A DNA stretch of 64,000 nucleotides from an uncultured Methanosarcinaceae archaeon (GTDB taxonomy: Archaea; Halobacteriota; Methanosarcinia; Methanosarcinales; Methanosarcinaceae): the NCBI GenBank assembly GCA_963733675.1, contig CAVTET010000004.1, positions 576,001 through 640,000 of the forward strand, in the 5' to 3' direction. The notes beneath the pieces are model-generated. The model saw only the letters and a program-made list of their open reading frames with translations. It did not search any database and was not told the DNA's origin. Positions 57,300-64,000 of this stretch are shown here, piece after piece. The translations under genes and the position numbers were made by a program. The first letter of the stretch is position 1. The number at the start of each line of letters is the position of its first letter.

Positions 57300-59006
57300 A
57301 TGACAAGCTTTAGGGAATTTGCAGAAACCTGCCAGGCAATTGAAAAAATTTCAAGTACTATAGACACTACAAATAGGGTTGCTGACCTTCTTATGAAGGT
57401 CAGCGTAGAAGAGCTTCCCCTCGCAACTCATTTTATTATGAGTGAGGTTTTTCCAACCTGGAGTGGAGAGCAGCTTGGAATTGGCACAAGCCTTCTATAT
57501 GCTTCTCTTTCCAAGGCTTCCGGAATGTCTATAAGAAGTATAGAGTCTCTTGTCCGGACAACAGGAGATATAGGAGACACAGCACTTCTTATCCTAAAAG
57601 AAAAACAAAAAAACCAGATCACTTTTTCTTCTTTCCTCGAAGACCAGCCAGAACTCTCTATAACGGAAGTCTACCAGCGCTTCAAAACGGCTTCCGAAGC
57701 ATTTGGAAAAGGGTCACAGGAAGTTAAGATCAAAAATCTTCAATTCCTCTTTAATTCCTCAACCCCAAGGGAAGCAAAGTATATATCCAGGCTTGCACTT
57801 GAAGAACTCCGCATAGGGGTCGGAGAAGGAGTTTTAAGGGATGCCATCGCAAAAGCCTTTTCCGTCCCTGCAGATTTGGTAGAGCACGCTTTTATGGTAA
57901 CAAACGATCTCGGGATAGTCGCTGCAACTGCAAAAAAAGAAGGTATTGAAGGTCTCAACGGCCTCGGGATCAAAATTAACCGTCCCATAAAGATGATGCT
58001 CTCGCAGATCAGTCCTGATATAGATACAGATATAAGAGAAATGAAAGAAGCTGCAATTGAATGGAAATTCGACGGTGCAAGGGTCCAGATTCACAAGGCT
58101 GGAAACTCGGTTACAATTTATTCACGAAAACTTGAAAATGTCACAAATTCCCTTCCAGACCTTGTTGAAATTATTCGAAAGCATGTTAAAGCCGAATATG
58201 CAATTCTTGATGGGGAAGCTGTTGCAGTGGATGAAAAAGGAAAACCAAGAGCTTTCCAGGAAATCCTTAAACGTTTCCGGCGCAAGTACGATGTAGGGGA
58301 AAAAATACTTGGAATCCCTATCCAGCTAAATCTCTTTGATATCATGTACTTTAACGGCAGAACATTGATTGACCTTAATCTTCGTGAGCGACGAAAGGTA
58401 CTTGAGTCCTGCATAGAGAGCTCAACTGAAGATTCAAAGTCCATTTCTGTTGATAAGCAGGTGATAACTGGAGACCTTGAGGTTGTGGAAAAGATCTATA
58501 GGAAAGCCTTGAAAGCCGGTCATGAGGGTGTAATGGTCAAAAATCCGAATTCGGTTTATTCCCCTGGTAAACGCGGTAAGAACTGGCTTAAGAAAAAACC
58601 CCTTATGGAAACCCTTGATCTTGTAGTAGTTGGAGCTGAGTGGGGCTTTGGCAGGCGTGTAAGCCTCATAGGTTCTTACACTGTTGCCTGTTATGATCCC
58701 GAAAATTCTAATTTTTTGCAGGTCGGCAAGGTTGGAACAGGCCTGAATGACGAAAACCTAAAGGAGCTCACAGAAATGCTTTCTGGACTGATAGACGGCG
58801 GAGAAGCAGGTGGGGTATTTGCAGTAAGACCTAAAATTGTTCTGGAAATTGCCTTTGAGGAAATCCAGAAAAGCCCCAATTATAACTCTGGTTTTGCACT
58901 TCGTTTTCCCCGATTTATCCGTATCCGGGATGATAAAGATCCCGAAGAAGCGGATACAATCCAGAGAATTGAAAAGGCATACAACCAGCAGCTTAAAAGG
59001 CTTTAA
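57300..59006 (+). CDS. lig: ATP-dependent DNA ligase
   Basis: Motif [29 protein letters not shown] and LRFPRF. Confidence 0.97.
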   Translation: MTSFREFAETCQAIEKISSTIDTTNRVADLLMKVSVEELPLATHFIMSEVFPTWSGEQLGIGTSLLYASLSKASGMSIRSIESLVRTTGDIGDTALLILKEKQKNQITFSSFLEDQPELSITEVYQRFKTASEAFGKGSQEVKIKNLQFLFNSSTPREAKYISRLALEELRIGVGEGVLRDAIAKAFSVPADLVEHAFMVTNDLGIVAATAKKEGIEGLNGLGIKINRPIKMMLSQISPDIDTDIREMKEAAIEWKFDGARVQIHKAGNSVTIYSRKLENVTNSLPDLVEIIRKHVKAEYAILDGEAVAVDEKGKPRAFQEILKRFRRKYDVGEKILGIPIQLNLFDIMYFNGRTLIDLNLRERRKVLESCIESSTEDSKSISVDKQVITGDLEVVEKIYRKALKAGHEGVMVKNPNSVYSPGKRGKNWLKKKPLMETLDLVVVGAEWGFGRRVSLIGSYTVACYDPENSNFLQVGKVGTGLNDENLKELTEMLSGLIDGGEAGGVFAVRPKIVLEIAFEEIQKSPNYNSGFALRFPRFIRIRDDKDPEEADTIQRIEKAYNQQLKRL

Positions 59007-60088
59007 TGGATCAAGCTGCTGCTTTTTTTCCGTGGCTAAAGCACACCCTTTAAAGTTCATTTGATTTTGTTGCCTTTGTCTAGATGTGAAAATCTCTTTT
59101 CCTGAGAAGATGCAGATGCTAAAGCACTTACTTTTCTAACTTTACATTCGTTACACTTAATCTCATTCTAAGACTAAGTTCCATAAGGCTTCAATGTTTA
59201 TGCTTTTTATTCAGAGAGACGCATTCAGATTTTAGTGCGGATCAGATATCCATACTACAATTAGTTCATGTACTTTTTTGTTTGGTATGGTTAAGCTTGC
59301 CAAATAGATCCACTCTAATATTATTAAGATTACCAAAAAAAAATGCATATTCTATAAAATAATTCCTAAATTATTTAATGAGAGTTAATATATACAGAAT
59401 TTAGCGTTTGCGCTCAATTAATTGTATATTAACTCAAAAATGTACTCAAAAAAAGCAACCTATCCAAAGTATTCAGTTCCACCTTGTTCAAGACTTCATT
59501 AAATCCTAATTCCTGAAGTTGCCTGATCATCTTGTTGTATAGTAAAGGTACCATAAGATTGTTGTTTTTGATGCTCTTCCCATCGAAAAGCAATTGAAAT
59601 ATTTTCAATTGACTCTTTATATTCGTCCCGAATGTTTTGCATTCCAATTTATGTTTTGCGTTTAAATAGCTAGCATCAATACAACGAGCATCACCAACAG
59701 ATTTTAATCGTGTATATAATAATAAATTTTTAGGACTATAAACTTTAAGATAATAGACCAATTAAATGTAACATCTGACACAATATTAACACTATATTCA
59801 TAAATCTCAAAGGAAACTGAAAGCAAATTTTAAAATCATCTAAATTAAGAAATCTGGTCAAATAAAAATCAACAATTTCTGGTTTCGATGAAATGAGCTG
59901 TTGGCCAAAGCATTCCCAATAATTTTGGGTAGGGTAGCAGCAAACAATTTGATTTCTATAGATGTACTTTTAAATCTTACCGAGAATTAAAGATTACAAA
60001 AAAGCATCGAAGATTAAGATTAGAAAAAAGTGTTAATAACATTGGCCAGTATTATACATCTGTTAGGCATAAAAAGAGGTGTCATTCT

Positions 60089-60757
60089 ATAGAGAAACTA
60101 TTGCCTTCCGTCTGCAAATCCTTTGATGAACTTCTGGGAGGAGGTTTCGAGAAGGGAATTGTAACTCAAATCTTTGGAGCTGCAGGAACGGGAAAAACAA
60201 ATATTTGTATCCAGCTTGCAGTGGAATGTGTAAAGCAGGGGCAGAAAGTCATTTTCATAGATACCGAAGGACTTTCTCCTGTTCGTTTCAAGCAAATTGC
60301 AGGGGAAAAGGCAAAGGAAATAGCGAGGGATATACTTATCTTCGAACCCCTCAGTTTTGAAGAACAGTATGTTGCTGTTAGAGAGGTGGAGAGGATAGCC
60401 GGTGAGAACATCGGTCTCGTGATCCTTGACTCCGCAACTTCATACTACAGGTTTGAGCTCGAAGAAGAAGAAACAGGTATGAAGAGCCGAAGAGAGCTTG
60501 CCAGCCAGATTGGATTTTTGCATGCACTAGCCCGCAAACACAGCTTTGTTGCAATCATAACCAACCAAGTATACTCAGACATCGTCTTAGGAGGAGTACG
60601 TCCATTGGGTGGAAGTTCCTTAGAACATATATCAAAGGCAATTATCCAGCTGGAAAAAATAGGTGAAGGAACCAGGCGTGCTATTCTGTATAAACACCGT
60701 TCTCTTCCGGAAGGCTTAAGCGCTGATTTTAGAATTACAGCTGAAGGAATCCGTTAA
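60089..60757 (+). CDS. radB: DNA repair and recombination protein RadB
   Basis: DELLGGG, GAAGTGKT, FIDTEG, ILDS and the RadB-specific KHR motif. The start is either ATA at 60089 (good RBS spacing) or TTG at 60101. Confidence 0.94.
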   Translation: MEKLLPSVCKSFDELLGGGFEKGIVTQIFGAAGTGKTNICIQLAVECVKQGQKVIFIDTEGLSPVRFKQIAGEKAKEIARDILIFEPLSFEEQYVAVREVERIAGENIGLVILDSATSYYRFELEEEETGMKSRRELASQIGFLHALARKHSFVAIITNQVYSDIVLGGVRPLGGSSLEHISKAIIQLEKIGEGTRRAILYKHRSLPEGLSADFRITAEGIR

Positions 60758-60883
60758 ACGGCAAAGAAACATTGAGACAAATTCCGTGAAAAATATTTTG
60801 GGGCAGAAAAAACTTAAATTCCTCAGATTCTTCCGGAATTTTTCAGCTAAAACGACTTTTATAATTTATTCTCCCTTCGAGTT

Positions 60884-61984
60884 TTAACGTTTCCGTGTAC
60901 CTGCTATGAACTCTTCGGTCCTTCTGTAGGCTTCGTCATCAGGATATTGGATAGCCGGATGTTTCATAAAGTAGGATGCCGGAGAATACAGTACACCTCC
61001 AATCCCGCGATCAAGAGCCAGCTTACAGCAGCGAATTGCATCAATCACCACACCTGCAGAGTTTGGGGAATCTTCTACAGAGAGCCGAAGTTCAAGGTTC
61101 ATGGGCACGTCCCCAAAGAGCCTCCCTTCCATTCTCAAGAAACATACTTTGTTATCTCTTTGCCAGGCTACATAGTCACTAGGTCCGATGTGGATGTTTT
61201 CTTTCTCAAGTTTATGAGAGAGAACTGACTGGACAGCTTCTGTTTTTGATTCGCGTTTGGAAGCAAGTCTGCTCCTGTTGAGCATATTTAGGAAATCAGT
61301 GTTTCCTCCTGTATTCAGCTGATATGTCCTGTCAAGTCTTAAGCCGCGTTTTTCGAAAAGGTCTGCAAGAATCCTGTGGGTAATTGTAGCCCCTAGCTGG
61401 GCTTTAATATCATCTCCCACTATCGGGATGTTTTTTTCTTCAAACTTTTTTGCCCATTCGGGATCGCTTGCGATAAAAACAGGCATATTATTAATAAAAG
61501 CTACTCTGGCCTCAAGAGCGCACTCTGCATAGAAACGGACTGCTTCTTCAGAACCTACAGGTAAGTAATTGAGAAGCATATCTGCGCCGGAATTTTTCAG
61601 TTCGTTTACTATATCTGCTTTTGTGGCTTCTGGTCCCTTGCTGACAACAAAGGTATATTTTTCCTCATAATTTTTCATGTGGTCAGAGATGCCGTCAAGA
61701 ACTTTACCCATTTTAACCTTCACGCCTGTGGCAGGAATGTCAGGGCAAAAAATCGTTGTGCAGTTAGGGGGAGCAAAGATGGCCTCCGCCACATCTTTTC
61801 CTTCTTTCCTGGAGTCAATGTCAAAGGCAGCAACAACTTTGATATCAGTGGGTTTATACCCGCCAAGATCCCAGTGCATCAGCCCGATAGATTCTTTATG
61901 TTCAGCTTTATAATACTCAATGCCCTGTATCAAAGAGCTTGCACAGTTCCCGATTCCTGCAATTGCTATTTTTATTTTTGTCAT
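60884..61984 (-). CDS. ino1: myo-Inositol-1-phosphate synthase
   Basis: [36 protein letters not shown] and EDSPNSAG. Confidence 0.95.
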   Translation of the reverse strand: MTKIKIAIAGIGNCASSLIQGIEYYKAEHKESIGLMHWDLGGYKPTDIKVVAAFDIDSRKEGKDVAEAIFAPPNCTTIFCPDIPATGVKVKMGKVLDGISDHMKNYEEKYTFVVSKGPEATKADIVNELKNSGADMLLNYLPVGSEEAVRFYAECALEARVAFINNMPVFIASDPEWAKKFEEKNIPIVGDDIKAQLGATITHRILADLFEKRGLRLDRTYQLNTGGNTDFLNMLNRSRLASKRESKTEAVQSVLSHKLEKENIHIGPSDYVAWQRDNKVCFLRMEGRLFGDVPMNLELRLSVEDSPNSAGVVIDAIRCCKLALDRGIGGVLYSPASYFMKHPAIQYPDDEAYRRTEEFIAGTRKR

Positions 61985-62117
61985 AAGCGCTTACTCTCCG
62001 ACGAATACCCTGATTTCATAAACCGCATTAATAGAATAACAGATCTTTCATAATTTTTGAAATTTACATACTAAATTTATGGATTCAAGGTCTCTCAAAT
62101 TTATGATTTTATTCATT

Positions 62118-62269
62118 CGACATTCCATGGATATACACAGATATGCACAGATGTATAATTTGTTTGCCTATTTACCCAATATTTTTCATTGAAAGTTAGA
62201 TTAATTTTTAAGCTACTGTCATAATGAGAACATTAGATGGCATTCTTGTGTAAATCTGCGGAAAATTGG
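62118..62269. mobile_element. ~150-bp MITE, family C
   Basis: cattccatggatatacacag ... ttgtgtaaatctgcggaa. The interior matches the 43914 copy, with a small internal duplication (atatacacag atatgcacag). Confidence 0.7.
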
Positions 62270-62373
62270 TTCATGAAATTTATGATTTGATATTCCTTAA
62301 ACTACGACTTTTTCTGTATCTAAGCTATGGTTTTTAAATCTTCTCTTATTTGTGCTATTACCCTATAAATCTA

Positions 62374-62461
62374 GAGGATTTCGATAAACTTTCATATTTC
62401 GCATTGTGCATATAAATGGAGTATAAATGACTCTTGAAAATCAGTGTTTATCGAAATTCTC
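62374..62461. mobile_element. 88-bp MITE with IS5-type TIRs and a 4-bp TSD (TCTA)
   Basis: TCTA-GAGGATTTCGATAAAC...GTTTATCGAAATTCTC-TCTA. Confidence 0.85.
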
Positions 62462-62800
62462 TCTATTATATCTAAGTTTGCCTTCTGGGAAAAAAGATTG
62501 TAATAATCTGTATATTCAAAGCTAAATGTTTATTCTTGATTTAATTCTTGCTATCAGATAAGGTCTCCAAATACTTCCTTTCTCACTTTTTCTTCAATTA
62601 TTTTTCTATTTAAAGATAAATGAGGGCTCCAACTGAATTTCATAGTAAGCACTCAGGTTATCCAGATAATTTAAGAAAAGGATCAAAGAAATCTCTCAGG
62701 GCGTTGAGTTAAATAGTTTTTTATTAGATGTGAGGCTTGAAAAGAGAGTCGGATGATTTTTCCGATAGAATATGTTGCTTACATCGGAAAGTGATTTTTA

Positions 62801-63820
62801 ATGAGAACCATTGACTGGAAGGAAGAGTCAAAATCAGTTGTGCTGGTAGATCAAACATTGCTCCCGAAAGAGTATAGAATCATTGAATGCAAAACTTTGA
62901 ATTCTCTATGCGAGGCTATAAAGTCTCTCAGGATAAGGGGCGCGCCTGCTCTTGGGGCCGCAGGAGGTTTTGGGATTGCCCTTGCAGCTTTACATAGTGA
63001 AGCTAGAGACTTAGAAACAATGGTAAAAGACCTCAAAGTTGCAGGAAAAGTTCTTAAGTCTATCCGTCCTACAGCAGTAAATCTTGGTTGGGGTGTGGAC
63101 AGAGTCTTAAGAGCAATTTTTGATGCCATTGATGTTCAGGGAATCCGAGATATTGCCTTTCAGGAAGCCATAAATATTGCTGAAGAAGACGTGGCGACTA
63201 ACAAGATGATAGGGGAACATGGAGCCAAACTCATAAAAGAAGGAGATACAGTACTCACACACTGTAACGCGGGTAGACTCTCTTGTGTGGACTGGGGCAC
63301 CGCCCTTGGAGTTGTACGTTCGGCTATTGCTGAAGGCAAAAAAATAAAAGTTATTGCCTGTGAGACCAGGCCTCTTAATCAAGGAAGCAGAATCACTACT
63401 TGGGAACTTATGCAGGATAAAATTCCAGTGACCCTGATTGCGGACTCAATGGCTGGATGGGCAATGCACCAGGGACTTGTGGATAGCGTGCTCGTAGGAG
63501 CTGACAGGATAACTCAGGATGTTATTTTTAACAAAATAGGAACCTATACACATTCCATCCTTGCAAAAGAGCATGAAATTCCCTTCTATGTAGCAGCTCC
63601 GATCTCTACTTTCGATTTTAATGGCTGGGAAGGCAGTGTAGAAATAGAAATGCGGAGCCCTGAAGAGTTACGATTTTTTGGATCAGAACAATTTGCCCCA
63701 ATAGATGTAGAAGTCTATAATCCTGCTTTTGATGCGACACCAATGGAAAATGTAACTGCTGTAATTACAGAAAAGGGAGTGTTTTACCCACCTTTCCTGC
63801 TGGATGAGGTACTTATTTAA
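62801..63820 (+). CDS. mtnA: S-methyl-5-thioribose-1-phosphate isomerase (eIF-2B-like family)
   Basis: DQTLLP, IRGAPALG, RPTAVNL, THCNAG, ETRP..QG, GADRI, NKIGT and NPAFD.TP. Confidence 0.9.
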   Translation: MRTIDWKEESKSVVLVDQTLLPKEYRIIECKTLNSLCEAIKSLRIRGAPALGAAGGFGIALAALHSEARDLETMVKDLKVAGKVLKSIRPTAVNLGWGVDRVLRAIFDAIDVQGIRDIAFQEAINIAEEDVATNKMIGEHGAKLIKEGDTVLTHCNAGRLSCVDWGTALGVVRSAIAEGKKIKVIACETRPLNQGSRITTWELMQDKIPVTLIADSMAGWAMHQGLVDSVLVGADRITQDVIFNKIGTYTHSILAKEHEIPFYVAAPISTFDFNGWEGSVEIEMRSPEELRFFGSEQFAPIDVEVYNPAFDATPMENVTAVITEKGVFYPPFLLDEVLI

Positions 63821-64000
63821 AGAACGATCCATTTTCTTGAGTATAAAATAGATTCTACATTAAACCTGCTGAATCTTTGTTATTAAAAAATTTCTCTGCT
63901 GGATTTATATATAAGAACTGCACAATCGGATTACCAAACTTATCAGAAAATTTAACAGTAGGTTACATTTCCTAATTCTCAGATAATTAGTTTAGTTTTT

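Noticed and set aside
59429-59761. 110-aa hypothetical ORF
   Set aside because: TTG start, no RBS, AT-rich and no recognisable domain. It may be a decayed gene but cannot be supported.
5280-63382. Many antisense or overlapping ORFs in the track (e.g. 18047-18688, 27679-28110, 30516-31001, 36002-36406, 55817-56200, 61679-62053)
   Set aside because: They are shadows of well-supported genes on the opposite strand or frame, with no motifs of their own.

Overview
A 64-kb AT-rich chromosomal window from a methanogenic archaeon. Gene content, codon style and IS families point to Methanosarcina (inference). Housekeeping genes sit in islands separated by long intergenic stretches full of decayed insertion sequences. 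The genes are rnp4, PAN, RFC small subunit, a CrtI-like flavoprotein, thiL, two DUF1699 paralogs, hypF, the complete A1AO ATP synthase operon (ahaHIKECFABDG), a geranylfarnesyl-diphosphate synthase plus radical SAM pair, dnaG, hom, DNA ligase, radB, inositol-1-P synthase and an MtnA-like isomerase. There are two tRNA genes: Glu-CTC, and Arg-TCG with a BHB intron. The mobile DNA comprises IS5, IS110, IS200/IS605-tnpB and IS66 remnants, often nested, and at least three MITE families. No CRISPR array, rRNA or intact autonomous transposase is visible. The most notable unexplained signals are: (1) a ~490-nt GC-enriched, extensively base-paired non-coding region upstream of dnaG with its own TATA box and T-tract end, a candidate large ncRNA; (2) a divergent ~70-nt sRNA with a C-rich anti-Shine-Dalgarno-like loop; (3) an array of seven mini-hairpins between the c-ring gene ahaK and ahaE; (4) the radical SAM/GFPP-synthase pair as a candidate methanophenazine biosynthesis module; (5) two His-rich secreted peptide genes; and (6) a 750-bp near-perfect inverted duplication beside tRNA-Arg. 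All calls were made by eye, without database searches or folding software.
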